Source: Candidatus Bathyarchaeia archaeon
Lineage (GTDB): Bacteria > Patescibacteriota > Microgenomatia > PFEM01 > JAFGMK01
Assembly (NCBI GenBank): GCA_035529595.1
Contig: DATKWK010000035.1
Span: forward strand, 49,067 to 113,066
Direction of reading: 5' to 3'
Length of the DNA stretch: 64,000 nt
The position numbers and the translations under genes were made by a program. Each line of letters begins with the position of its first letter. The stretch's first letter is position 1. The notes under the pieces were generated by a model. It did no database searches. It had not been told where the DNA came from and was given only the letters and a program-made list of their open reading frames with translations. Positions 16,889 through 27,700 of this stretch are shown piece after piece.

Positions 16889-17518
16889 ATGTGCGCCCGT
16901 TACGTTTGCTTTGACAGCGAAGATTTTAAAAAAGTCTTTGGTACCATCAATACCTGCCCTTCTTTCCAGTCCTACAACATCGGCCCCGGGACGATAAATC
17001 CAACCATTCTCAGCCAAAGCCCGAGACAGATTGTAATGATGAAATGGGGTTTGATCCCTTTCTGGGCCAAAGATCCCAATATCGGTTACAAAACTATCAA
17101 TGCCCGGGCTGAGGGTATTGAAAACAAACCAGCGTTGTCTCATCCCGACTAACGGCTTTTATGAATGGAAAACCTTAAAATTGAAAGAACGGCCGGAAGA
17201 GATACCCTGGTTCATTGGCCTTAAGGATAGGGATATCTTCGCTTTGGCTGGAATTTTTGATATCTGAAAGATGCCGAGGAAAAAGAATTTTGGAGCTATT
17301 CAATTATCACTACTGAACCTAATAATCTTGTTTCGAATATTCATGACCGAATGCCGGCAATTCTTGATCAAAAGAACGAAGACTCTTGGCTTGAACAAAC
17401 AACTCCCTTACCAAAAATATTAGACCTATTAAAACCCTATCCGGCCGAAGAAATGGTCAGTTGGCCGGTTTCCAACCCACCTTGGGATCCAGATCAATTT
17501 GAAGAAGGTGTTAAGTGA
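16889..17518 (+). pseudogene. SOS-response-associated peptidase (SRAP/YedK, DUF159) disrupted by two compensating frameshifts.
   Basis: MCARYV... is the canonical MCGR(F/Y) start. Three frames continue the homology: phase 2 at 16889-17152, phase 0 at 17151-17267 (NGFYEWKTLK...IPWFIGLKDRDIFALAGI vs YedK DGWFEWKK...PFFIYRADGQPIFMAAIG), and phase 2 again at 17264-17518. The second shift sits at a T5 run. Confidence 0.65.
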
Positions 17519-17691
17519 TTAAACATCTTGCCTACTGCCTAAAATCAACTGACGAAAAAGACAAACAAGTCCTCTCAATTGATTCCCAACTTCAAGAATT
17601 AAAAGACTTTGCCAAAAAAGAAAATCTCCAGATAGTAGAAATAATTCATACACGCCGGGTGTGTAATTATATTGACACCTTGGGTATTTAA
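17515..17691 (+). pseudogene. N-terminal fragment (58 aa) of a serine recombinase/integrase.
   Basis: VIKHLAYCLKSTDEKDKQVLSIDSQLQELKDFAKKENLQIVEIIHT parallels large serine recombinase starts (K.AIY.RVST.EQ...SID.Q...L..YA...G..IV). The catalytic Ser is present. The ORF stops before the rest of the catalytic domain. Its GTG overlaps the SRAP stop (GTGA). Confidence 0.5.
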
Positions 17692-17717
17692 TGACTTTCG
17701 AGGAGTATTTTTCATCT

Positions 17718-17738
17718 GTGAGCCCGGGAGGGATCGAA
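17718..17738 (-). repeat. 21-nt duplication of the tRNA-Lys 3' end, an att-like direct repeat.
   Basis: GTGAGCCCGGGAGGGATCGAA is identical to 17887..17907, which covers the T-arm and 3' acceptor stem of tRNA-Lys. Confidence 0.6.
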
Positions 17739-17887
17739 GACGCCTCGTAAGGCTTTACATAAATGCTAGGCAGTAAACGTTATCCAAGATAATTTTCGAA
17801 GTCTCAATCGTTACCTTGCATTATCAGAGTTTCTCGCCCTCACCCGGCTCAACAAAAACCTCCCCAAAAAGGGGAATTTTTGTTGAG

Positions 17888-17959
17888 TGAGCCCGGGAGG
17901 GATCGAACCTCCGACACCTTGCTTAAAAGGCAAGTGCTCTACCACTGAGCTACGGGCCC
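17888..17959 (-). tRNA. tRNA-Lys (anticodon UUU).
   Basis: 72-nt cloverleaf GGGCCCG/CGGGCTC acceptor. D-arm GCTCAGTGGTAGAGC, anticodon stem-loop CTTGC-CTTTTAA-GCAAG, T-arm GGAGG-TTCGATC-CCTCC. Confidence 0.9.
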
Positions 17960-18171
17960 GAGTAAACATTCGCCTAGTAAACGAGTATTTAAACTTCCTG
18001 AATTATACTAAAAGCTTAAAAATCAATCAATCGGAAAGATATTTTTTAAGAGATAAAATTTAACGATCAAAAGGTAGTTACGTAAAATTATTATAACCTT
18101 GATGCTTTTACAATCCGGAGGTGAGATGGATAAGCCAATTCATACTCTTTCATTTGGTCTTGAAGTAAGTT

Positions 18172-19083
18172 TTAGTCAGTCTTAATAAAGTCGGCTTTTT
18201 CTTTGAAGAAACCCTCGGTAGTATAAGAAGAAATCTTAAAAAGCTCGTTATCCGGGTCTCTTTCGGCCAAATAATCATCCTCTCCCTTATAAAAGGTAAT
18301 TCCGATAGTCTTGTCATCAAGACCAATCGCCAGTAACAACTCTTTCTCTTTTTGATAGTTATTTCTTTCATCCTTATCTGCCAAAGAAGTAGCCGTAAGC
18401 GGTGAGAGGCCAGCGATAACTTCTTCAACTTTATCTTTATCTACCTCCGATACGTCATCTTTAAATTTCCAGCCTTCCTCCCTGTTTTCAAGCATAAACT
18501 CGCTACCGGAGTGGGCAAATTTTAACCAGTGAATATGTTGATTTTCCAACGAAACAATTGTCTTATCGTGCCAATAGTCTTCTTCTAATAAGCTGCCAGC
18601 GTCGGTCAACTTGGAAATCAGGTAAACAGGTAAATCATCTTGAAAACGGGTGTAGGTACCAGAAAAATTGCTTTTCCCGAGAAAGTATTTGAGCTCTTTC
18701 TTATCGGACTTCCTTAAGGCTAAACGAGTCGCCTGTTCTTCTTTTAATCCCATTTTCTCGTGCTGTTGATCGGTCTCAGCGATCAATTCCACTTGATCTC
18801 CAGCCATCAGACTATCAATCAAATCGTTTACTCTTTTATTGTCAGCCTTCCTTAACCCCAGCTGCCATTGATTATCTTTTTCCTCCAGTAGCAACTTTTG
18901 CTTTTCGTCACTACTGATTATTTCGATAAAACCTATCTCATCCTTGCTAAAACCGGTAATCTTTTGTTTGTATTTTTCAGATGACAAGGTTAGTTGCTGC
19001 TTCCCCCACGATCTTTGCAAGATTAAAGCAACAACCAGTACTACTAAGATTAGAAATATTTTTTTGAATGCCTTCTGACTCAT
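18172..19083 (-). CDS. Membrane-anchored hypothetical protein, DUF4340-like partner of the GldG-like ABC system.
   Basis: N-terminal TM helix (IFLILVVLVVALIL). The call rests on its position immediately downstream of the ABC-2/GldG-like gene. Confidence 0.4.
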   Translation of the reverse strand: MSQKAFKKIFLILVVLVVALILQRSWGKQQLTLSSEKYKQKITGFSKDEIGFIEIISSDEKQKLLLEEKDNQWQLGLRKADNKRVNDLIDSLMAGDQVELIAETDQQHEKMGLKEEQATRLALRKSDKKELKYFLGKSNFSGTYTRFQDDLPVYLISKLTDAGSLLEEDYWHDKTIVSLENQHIHWLKFAHSGSEFMLENREEGWKFKDDVSEVDKDKVEEVIAGLSPLTATSLADKDERNNYQKEKELLLAIGLDDKTIGITFYKGEDDYLAERDPDNELFKISSYTTEGFFKEKADFIKTD

Positions 19084-19090
19084 TTTAAAA

Positions 19091-21283
19091 TTATAAATCT
19101 TTTAATTTAAAAACCCGCTTGGCTAACCTTTTTCTTCTGCTAAGCCAGAAAAAGCCGAATAAACTGACACAAATTGGTGGCAGGAAAATACTAAGATATT
19201 GGATAAGCATCGGCTGGAGGGGATTGGTAAACTGAAAGACCGCCCGCCCGAATGATTTACTCGGAATCGAGGCCAGTAACGGATCAGCCATCGCCCAATC
19301 CACTAGATTGCTAACGAAGGAAAAGTTTTCAGGCGATTGCCTGATAAATTGATCGGAAACAAAATCGCTGTCTCCGATTATGACTATTCGATTACCCTTC
19401 TCTTTATGGTTTGCGGCTACCCCAAGAAGTATCGGTTCACCGGACGGGTCCGGCAAAAGATTTAACTGTTCCGGATTGATGGAAAAATTACTTTCCTGTC
19501 TCCCACCGGACGAACTGGTCTGCAATATTTTTATATATTCAATCGCCTCTTTTTCTTCCAACGCAATCGAACTTGGCCAAGCAAGCAGAACACTCTCAAG
19601 ATTAGCTAAAGGTGAGAATTGCTTATCGGCCGGTAAAGCCCTAAACCAGAACGGATATGAAGCCAAGTATTGGGTACTTCCTTGGCTGAGAGTAATAATT
19701 TCGCCCAGTCGGGAATCAAAGATTAAGTCGCTATTTAATTTTAGACCATATTTTTCTAAAATCGATTCAAGACCGGTGCTTACTTCATTGGCCGTTCCCA
19801 GTTGAACATTAACATTGACTTTATCAACCAAAAATACCGCCTTACCACCTTCGTCAAGGTAACGGGTAATATTGGCTGCGGCAGTTGCATCTTCACCAGG
19901 ACCGCCGATTGCCAGCAATAAATCAAATTGATCGTCTTCTTTATCTAAGGAAACATTTTTAATCTGATACTGAACCTTCAATTCATCCTGCAAAATCTGG
20001 CTGCTTGCTAATGGCTGCGGAGAGTAAAAACCGACAGCCTTTTCTTTCTCCGCCGTCAGCTTATTAATCCTCCGGCTGACCTGATACTCTAAGTCAGACG
20101 TATCTTCAATAAAAGGAATCGTCTCTGTTTTGTCGCCGAATCGTAAAACCAACCCTAAAAAACCATTTTGAACTTCGAACCGGCCGGAACTGATTCGGTT
20201 AAAAGCTACTTCCTCAATCCCTAAGGATAGGGCTTCATTTCTTGCTTCCTGATCTGTATCGGGATAGACTTTCTCTACCTTAATTTGTTTACCGTAACGC
20301 TGATAGTCTTTAAGCATATCCTCAAGATTTTTTAATATAGGCTGGACGGATCCCGGTAAATCCCGGGAAGCAAAAATTTTTATTTTTAGAATATCCGATA
20401 ACTGGCTAACCAACTTCTTGGTCCCCGGACTAAGGCTATACTGTTTACCTTGGGTCAAATCGATACGCAAAGGATAAACCAGCATTAACAGATTTAAAAG
20501 AATTCCAATGGCTACAATTAGGCTCATCCCGAAATATAGTTTTCTTTTTTCTGATTTCTTTTCTTCGGTTCTTCTTTCCGAAAGTTTCGCCACTGCTATA
20601 CTCAAGAAGAGAAAAGTACCAGTAAGAAAATATAAAAGATCGCGCAGATCCAAAAAACCGCGGGCAATATTTCCCATGTGAGGCAAAACGGCAATTTCGT
20701 TTGCTATTTGACTTAGAGGCGAAGGCAAAGAGATTGTAACTATTTCCAAACCCGATAAGATCATCAAAAAACTGAATGATGCGCCCAATAAGAAGCTTGC
20801 TGCCGCGCTTTCCACGAGTGATGATGCGGCAATACCGATACTTAGAAAAAGCGCACCGACTAGAAATGCACCTAGATATTGCGAAAAAATCATTCCGGGG
20901 TCGGGCGAAGAGAAAAGAAAAAGCGTACCCGGCAGAAGCAACGTCGTTAATAACACCCCGCCGAAAAACATTAGCGATCCTAAGAATTTACCGATAACTA
21001 ACTCGATTTCACTAATCGGGTGACTGATTAATAGCTCAAAGGTTTTCTCCTGTTTTTCCTTAGAAATTGTCCGCATCGCAATTGCCGGCGCCACCAAAAT
21101 CAAAAACCAGGGTAAGAGCTCAAAAAAGGGCCTTAAATTAGCGATTCCGCTAATAAACGCCGTCCGGATATACAAAAAAGACGACAACACCAAAAAAGGA
21201 ATAATAATCACGTAGGCAGCAACGCTGTTAAGATAATCGAAAAATTCTTTTCTTGCTAAAGTTAAAATTGTTTTTCTCTTCAT
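19091..21283 (-). CDS. ABC-2 type permease fused to a GldG-like auxiliary domain.
   Basis: N-terminal ~250 aa has six TM helices (ABC-2 permease). A large C-terminal extracytoplasmic domain ends in a TM helix. It follows the ABC ATPase directly. Confidence 0.55.
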   Translation of the reverse strand: MKRKTILTLARKEFFDYLNSVAAYVIIIPFLVLSSFLYIRTAFISGIANLRPFFELLPWFLILVAPAIAMRTISKEKQEKTFELLISHPISEIELVIGKFLGSLMFFGGVLLTTLLLPGTLFLFSSPDPGMIFSQYLGAFLVGALFLSIGIAASSLVESAAASFLLGASFSFLMILSGLEIVTISLPSPLSQIANEIAVLPHMGNIARGFLDLRDLLYFLTGTFLFLSIAVAKLSERRTEEKKSEKRKLYFGMSLIVAIGILLNLLMLVYPLRIDLTQGKQYSLSPGTKKLVSQLSDILKIKIFASRDLPGSVQPILKNLEDMLKDYQRYGKQIKVEKVYPDTDQEARNEALSLGIEEVAFNRISSGRFEVQNGFLGLVLRFGDKTETIPFIEDTSDLEYQVSRRINKLTAEKEKAVGFYSPQPLASSQILQDELKVQYQIKNVSLDKEDDQFDLLLAIGGPGEDATAAANITRYLDEGGKAVFLVDKVNVNVQLGTANEVSTGLESILEKYGLKLNSDLIFDSRLGEIITLSQGSTQYLASYPFWFRALPADKQFSPLANLESVLLAWPSSIALEEKEAIEYIKILQTSSSGGRQESNFSINPEQLNLLPDPSGEPILLGVAANHKEKGNRIVIIGDSDFVSDQFIRQSPENFSFVSNLVDWAMADPLLASIPSKSFGRAVFQFTNPLQPMLIQYLSIFLPPICVSLFGFFWLSRRKRLAKRVFKLKDL

Positions 21284-21286
21284 TGG

Positions 21287-22243
21287 TTAATCCTTCGTTA
21301 ATTGGGCAAAAATATCTTCAAGATCCAACTGTCTCCTAAAAAGCGTCCATAATTGCCAATCATATTTCTTTACCAGGGAGATAATCGCTGGCCGAATATC
21401 GCTCTCGGTACCGGTTTCAATAACAAAGTATTTTCCTTTTACGTCTTTCTTTTTTATTTCTTCGACACCGACAACATAAGATAACTCTTTAAATAGCTGG
21501 CGATTGATCTTGGGTCCTGACACCTCAACTTCAAAATATTGCTTACCTCCGCGCAGCCTGCCCAGATTTTCGGGCGTATCATCAGCAACAATTTTTCCCT
21601 GATGAATTACAATTACACGATTACACATCTTCACTACTTCAGGTAAGACATGAGAACAAATAATCACTGTCCGGTTTTTTCCAAGACCTTTAATTAACTG
21701 GTGAATTTCGCGTCTCTGATTGGGATCCAAGCCTTCAGTTGGTTCATCAAGAAGTAATATCTCTGGTTGGGCAAGAATCGCCTGGGCCAAACCCACCCGT
21801 TGCCTGAAACCTTTTGAGAGTTGGCTAATCGGCCGGTAATAAACTTCAGCCAAATTGGCATTGCGGACAACAAAACGCAAAGCTTCTTTTTCTTCAACGC
21901 TTTCAAGTGCTTTAACAGACAGCCAGAGCTTCAAATACTCTTCAACAGTAAGTTCTTCATAAAGAGGATTATTTTCAGGTAAATAACCGATCTTTTTTCT
22001 TATTTCACTACCACTATTTTCGTAATTGAGATTATCGATTAAAACCTGTCCCTGGCTGGGTGGCAAAATCCCGGCTATCAATTTGATAGTCGTAGTTTTA
22101 CCGGCTCCATTAGGACCGAGAAAACCAACTATCTCTCCTTCTTGAATCTTTAAGGATACTCTGTCTACTGCCAGAGTACTACCAAACCGCTTAGCTACTT
22201 TATCAAGATTTATCATAATTTTTAATACCCAAAATTGCCTCAA
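21287..22243 (-). CDS. ABC transporter ATP-binding protein.
   Basis: Walker A GPNGAGKTT, signature LSKGFRQRVGLAQAIL, Walker B LLLDEPTEGLD. The likely start is the internal Met of MINLDKV. Confidence 0.85.
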   Translation of the reverse strand: MRQFWVLKIMINLDKVAKRFGSTLAVDRVSLKIQEGEIVGFLGPNGAGKTTTIKLIAGILPPSQGQVLIDNLNYENSGSEIRKKIGYLPENNPLYEELTVEEYLKLWLSVKALESVEEKEALRFVVRNANLAEVYYRPISQLSKGFRQRVGLAQAILAQPEILLLDEPTEGLDPNQRREIHQLIKGLGKNRTVIICSHVLPEVVKMCNRVIVIHQGKIVADDTPENLGRLRGGKQYFEVEVSGPKINRQLFKELSYVVGVEEIKKKDVKGKYFVIETGTESDIRPAIISLVKKYDWQLWTLFRRQLDLEDIFAQLTKD

Positions 22244-23870
22244 TAAAACTTAAAAAAATTGGGTGTGGTTGTAAAGGACGCGATTGATATTCCGGATGGA
22301 ACTGGGTTCCGATAAAGAAGGGGTGATCAGAAATTTCGATTGCCTCAACCAGTTTATTATCGGGCGAAGTAGCGGCAACTTTCATCCCCGCTTTTTCAAA
22401 TTTTCCACGGTATACATTATTAAATTCATAGCGATGTCTATGCCTTTCGCTGACAATTAATGAGTCACCATTGATCCAACCTACCTTATTATACGCCTTG
22501 TAAAGTTTTGTTTCCTTCATTACATGGCAAGGCCAGCTTCCTAATCTTATTGTTCCCCCATATTGATGCTCTTTCAAATACTTTTCCTGATCAGGCATGA
22601 CATGGATTACTGGATACTTAGTTTTAGGATTAATTTCTGTTGAATTGGCTTTTTTTAATTCCAGGACATTACGGGCAAACTCAACTACGGCCATTTGCAT
22701 TCCGAAGCATAATCCCAAATATGGAATCTTCTGCTCACGCGCTACTCTGGCAGCTTTAATCTTCCCTTCAGTTCCCCGACTTCCCCACCCTTGTGGAACC
22801 ACAATTCCATCTGCTTTTACTAAACGAAAATCAACTTCTTTTGAATCTAACTGTTCTAAACTCTCGGAATCGATGGGAACTACCTTAAGTTTCACACGGC
22901 AGGCAGCCGCAGCATGATTAAGCGCTTCTAAGACAGAGATGTAGACGTCCTTATGCTTATTGGCTCCATGGATGACATATTTTCCTACGAGATAAATTTG
23001 AAGCTCCTTTTTTGCTTCTTCTAACCTACTTACAAACTCATGCCACCTAAGGAGATCTTTTTTTCTAGGATTCTTAATTCCAAACTTAGCTAAAATCTTT
23101 TCTGCCAATTTATTTTTAGCAAACGAAAGAGGTACCTTGTAGATCGAATCAATATCCGGGTCATCAATAATATTTTCCCGATCTACAAAGCATCTTTTTG
23201 CGATTACTTCAATCCGAGGCAGATCAATCGGAATTTCATTCCTGGTAATAATAAAATCGGGCATAATCCCGATCTCTCGTAAGCGAGCTACTGCGTGTTG
23301 GGTTGGTTTTGTTTTTAACTCACCGGTATTCTTTAAGAGTGGTAAGTAAGTTACCATAATATAAATGGCCGGATAATCCCGTCCGATCTCACGCGCTGCG
23401 TGCAAAAAAGGCATGTTTTCTAAATCCCCAGTCGTTCCTCCAATCTCAACAATCACAAAATCATAACCCTGGGCCGGCTTATAGATCATTCGTTTGATCT
23501 CGTTAATCACATCAGGAATTAATTCTGCATCCCGTCCCTTATAAAAAAAGTGTCTTTCTTTATTGATAACCTCTTGATAAACCTTTCCACTGGTAATGTT
23601 ATTATCGCCAGAAAGATCAATATCGAGAAATCTTTCATAGTGGCCGATATCTTGATCAATCTCCGATCCGTCTTTAGTAACAAAAATTTCTCCGTGTTCC
23701 GCCGGACGCATCGTACCAGCATCAATACTAATATAAGGATCAATTTTAATCGCTGTTACTTTAAAACCCTGTGATTTAAGAAGTAAGCCTATCGAGGCAC
23801 TGGCTATCCCCTTACCTAGACCAGAAAGCACTCCACCGGTAACGAAAATATATTTTGGTCGTACTCGCAT
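22203..23870 (-). CDS. pyrG: CTP synthase.
   Basis: N-terminus KYIFVTGGVLSGLGKGIASASIG. C-terminal glutamine amidotransferase block GLCFGMQ...H. Confidence 0.9.
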   Translation of the reverse strand: MRVRPKYIFVTGGVLSGLGKGIASASIGLLLKSQGFKVTAIKIDPYISIDAGTMRPAEHGEIFVTKDGSEIDQDIGHYERFLDIDLSGDNNITSGKVYQEVINKERHFFYKGRDAELIPDVINEIKRMIYKPAQGYDFVIVEIGGTTGDLENMPFLHAAREIGRDYPAIYIMVTYLPLLKNTGELKTKPTQHAVARLREIGIMPDFIITRNEIPIDLPRIEVIAKRCFVDRENIIDDPDIDSIYKVPLSFAKNKLAEKILAKFGIKNPRKKDLLRWHEFVSRLEEAKKELQIYLVGKYVIHGANKHKDVYISVLEALNHAAAACRVKLKVVPIDSESLEQLDSKEVDFRLVKADGIVVPQGWGSRGTEGKIKAARVAREQKIPYLGLCFGMQMAVVEFARNVLELKKANSTEINPKTKYPVIHVMPDQEKYLKEHQYGGTIRLGSWPCHVMKETKLYKAYNKVGWINGDSLIVSERHRHRYEFNNVYRGKFEKAGMKVAATSPDNKLVEAIEISDHPFFIGTQFHPEYQSRPLQPHPIFLSFIEAILGIKNYDKS

Positions 23871-23976
23871 ATATTAAGATAATAGAATAACCAAAGAGGA
23901 AAGACAAAAGCAAGATGCATTTTCAAATGGCTGTGTACCCCTAAAAGCCTCGACACGCAGGTTTAACTTTTTTTTA

Positions 23977-24333
23977 CTAAGAAACGTTTCTAAAGATCCT
24001 AACATTTTCAAGCCTTTCCTCAGGCGATAACTGCACTGACACAACATCAATTCGCAAACCTAATGACCTAGGAAAATGGGAATCCGTGTAAGAAAAAGCA
24101 GCTCTTTTAATATGACGGATCTTTCTCTGATCAACTGCCTCTTCGGGTAAACCGAAACTTTCTCCTCGGCGAGTTTTAACTTCAACAAAAACTAGATCTC
24201 CGTCCTCAAGAGCGATAATATCAATTTCACCATATTTTGAAGAATAATTACGTTCGATTATCTGGTAGCCTTTATTTCGAAGATACCTGACGGCGGCTAG
24301 TTCGCCGATTTTTCCTAACTGCTTCCCTCTCAA
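23977..24333 (-). CDS. yraN: YraN-family (UPF0102) endonuclease.
   Basis: GKIGELAAVRYLRNKGYQIIERNYSSKYGEIDIIAL...VFVEVKTR matches the family pattern. Confidence 0.7.
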   Translation of the reverse strand: MRGKQLGKIGELAAVRYLRNKGYQIIERNYSSKYGEIDIIALEDGDLVFVEVKTRRGESFGLPEEAVDQRKIRHIKRAAFSYTDSHFPRSLGLRIDVVSVQLSPEERLENVRIFRNVS

Positions 24334-24703
24334 TCCTTTCCTCCTTGATCTTCGGTTTTATTTTCATTACCATACGTTCATGCTTCGCTTTTACCTTGGA
24401 AGCCGCCTTCCCCTTTCTACCCCTAAGGTAGTAAAGTTTAGCTCTTCTGACGTTGCCTCTTTTCTTGACCTCGACTTTTTCAATCCAGGGTGAGTTAATC
24501 GGCCAGATTCGCTCGATTCCCACCGCTCCGGTGCCTATTTTGCGAACTACAAAGACTGTATTTTCGCCCCGGCCTTTAATCGCGATTACCAGTCCATCAA
24601 AACGGGAAAGACGCGTCTTCCCTACTTCAACCAAGCGGAACGAAACGGTAATTAAGTCACCAACATTAACCAGCTCACCTTTGATTCGCGATCGATTAGC
24701 CAT
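24272..24703 (-). CDS. rplS: Ribosomal protein L19 with a Lys/Arg-rich C-terminal extension.
   Basis: GDLITVSFRLVEVGKTRLSRFDGLVIAIKGRGENTVFVVRKIGTGAVGIERIWPINSPWIEKVEVKKRGNVRRAKLYYLR is canonical L19. At 143 aa it has a ~40-aa basic tail. Confidence 0.85.
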   Translation of the reverse strand: MANRSRIKGELVNVGDLITVSFRLVEVGKTRLSRFDGLVIAIKGRGENTVFVVRKIGTGAVGIERIWPINSPWIEKVEVKKRGNVRRAKLYYLRGRKGKAASKVKAKHERMVMKIKPKIKEERIEREAVRKNRRTSRRQVSSK

Positions 24704-24770
24704 ACCTTAAAACCTGTTTAAAAAAACTACTTAAATTATTCAGTCGTTTATTTTAACAACCCAATCCGAT

Positions 24771-27700
24771 TTAATCAACAACCTCTTTTATTTTAGCCTG
24801 AAGGTCCCGTGAAAAATTAACCCCATAAGGTAAAATCAAGCGCCTCGTTTTTCCTGTATTATCGACAAAAATCAAAGCGATGCGTTGATTTCCCTGACTT
24901 TGTTTAAAAAGCTTATTAAGTTCAACTAGTTTTCGGGGGGAAATTGACGAAGACAATCTGATTTCGAAATCATATTTTTTCCCTTCTTGAGTTTTCTCTT
25001 CTAGTGCGGACATAAGAGAGGCCGAATCGACAATTATAGAAGGCGATTGTTCTCTGGTTTCAACTTTTCCTTCGATCAGAACAATCCGGTCTTTGGCCCA
25101 ATAATCACGCGTGGCAGCAAAAACTTTAGGAAAAACGACCGCTTCCAAACTAGCCGTATCATCCTCAATTTTTACGAAAGCCATTTCTTGAGAGGTCCTT
25201 CGGGTTGTCACAATTCTTAGATCAACTATCATCCCGCCGACTTTTACCTTACCACTAATTTCCTCCTCCTGAAAAAATTCGAATAATTTATGAGTACAAT
25301 GCTGCTCTAGAAGCGACAAAGCAGGCGCTAAAGGATGCTCCGTTAAGTAGAACCCGAGTAAACTTTTTTCCAGTGTTAACAGTTCGTTTCGAGTAAATTC
25401 CTCCATCTCTGGTAATCTGTCCTCGATAGCAGTAAAGTTAGTCTCTCCGAAACCATGATTATCAAACAGACCGACTTGACCGTTATGCTGTTGCCGCTGA
25501 AATGAAGCCCCTTGAATTCTGATCTTTTCGAGCGCCGAAAGCATGGCTGCCCGTTTCCCAAAGATATCCATGGCTCCTACTCTTATCAGACTCTCAAGAA
25601 CCTTTTTATTTACTTTTTGAGGATCAACACGCTGGCAAAAATCAGAGAGGGACTTAAATTCACCAATCTCACGGGCAGCCAAGATTGCCGAAATTGCCGC
25701 TTCACCAACATTTTTAATGGCTGAAAGACCAAAACGAATTGCATTGTCTTCTAACGACCGCGAATCAGATTCAACGCTAAAACCAATTTTTGACCGGTTA
25801 ATGTCAGGGGGAAGCACCACAATCCCCAATCGGCGACATTCCTCAATCGCCAAAGTAAGTTTCTGGTCCTTACCTGAACTGGAAGAAGCTCCAGATTCAA
25901 CAGTAAGAAGAGCTGCCACAAATTCCACCGGGAAATGGGCTTTGAAATAGGCTGTTTGATAAGCGATCATGGCATAACTGGTCGAATGTGCCTTATTAAA
26001 ACCATAACCGGCAAATCTTTCAATCAAACCCCAGACATTTTCTGCCACCGAATTCTCATATTTTGCCTCCATCGCTCTCTTTATGAACCTATTTTTCTCT
26101 CGAGTCATGATCGCTTTTTTCTTTTTTCCGATTGCCCGGCGTAAAATATCTGCTTCTCCTAAACTATAACCACCCATAACGTTGGCAATCTGAAGTATCT
26201 GTTCCTGATAAACAGCAATTCCATACGTCTCTTCTAAAATTGGTTTTAAATCTGAATGCGGATATCTGATAACCTTCGGATTTTCCTTCCCGGCAATAAA
26301 TTCATCGATAAACTGCATCGGGCCGGGTCGGAACAAGGCAACCATGGCGGAAATATCGGAAAAACGATTAGGCCTTAGTTTTCTGGCCAGTCGTCTCATA
26401 CCGGCACTTTCTAACTGAAAAACCCCGGTTGTTTCACCTGAGGCAATCATCTCGAAAGTTTCCTTATCCTCCAAAGGAAGTTCAGAAACATCTATTTCTT
26501 GGCCACGAAGATGCCTGATGTATTCACGGGCTTTTTCCAATATCGTCAAGTTCCGCAGTCCCAAAAGATCCATCTTTAAAAGACCAATTGCTTTATCTGA
26601 AACGTTCAAGTCAAGAGAGTACATGTCGTACTGAGTAATAATTTTTTCGCCTTTTACTTCCCTCTGTAGCGGAGTGTATTCCGTTAGCTCTTTGTCGGCA
26701 ATTACCACCCCGGCGGCATGAACTGAAGCATGTCTTGATACTCCTTCAACTCTTTGAGCCAAATCAAGCAGTTTTTTATATTTTGGCTGGTGATAGTATC
26801 GCTCAAGTTCGGGAACTGTTTTCAGCGCTTCAGCGATCGTTGATTTAAAAGGAATCAGCTTAGCAATTTGGTCGGGCTCACTATAGGGCATTCCCAAAAC
26901 TCGACCGATATCTCTGATTGAACCTCGTGCTTCCATACTTCCGAAAGTGATGATCTGGGCAACTTTATCTTTACCGTACTGATTGGTTACATACTCAATT
27001 ACTTCATCTCTCCTATCATCGGCAAAATCAAGATCGATATCAGGTGGAGAAGGACGTTGAGGATTCATAAATCTTTCAAAAGGCAGATTATGCTTAAGAG
27101 GGTCAACGGAGGTAATCCGCAATATATACGAAACCAACGATCCGGCTGCCGATCCCCTACCTGGACCGACGCGAATATTTTCCTTCTTCGCCCAGTTGAC
27201 AAAGTCCTGGACTATTAAAAAATAAGTGGCAAAACCTTTCTTACAGATGATATCCAGTTCATAATCGATGCGCTTAATAATTTCTTCACTTGGATGAGGA
27301 AAGCGATCATCAAGTCTCTCGTACACAAGCTTTTTCAACTCTTCTTCAGCTGTTTTTCCTTCGGCTAATGGATAACGGGGCAAGATCCAGTTACCGATCG
27401 GGATTTCGACATTACAAACACGGGAAATCTTACGGGTGTTTTCAATTGCATCCGGAAAATCAGCAAAGATTTCTATCATCTCTTCTTGGCGCCGTAAATA
27501 AAAATCCGGACTATCAAGCATCGACAGTCGGTTTTTATCGGTTATCTTTTTCTGCGTCTGGATCGCCAGAAGCGCATCTTGGGCTTCGGCATCATCAGGT
27601 TCAATATAATGAACATCGTTGGTAGCTATCAGAGGAATACCTAATTTTCGCGACAACTGAACTATTTTTTTATTTGCTTCATCCTGTTCGGCTATTTTTG

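Noticed and set aside
16838-17143. 101-aa minus-strand ORF.
   Set aside because: It is antisense to the SRAP (YedK-like) reading frame, which has a strong MCARY... homology signal.
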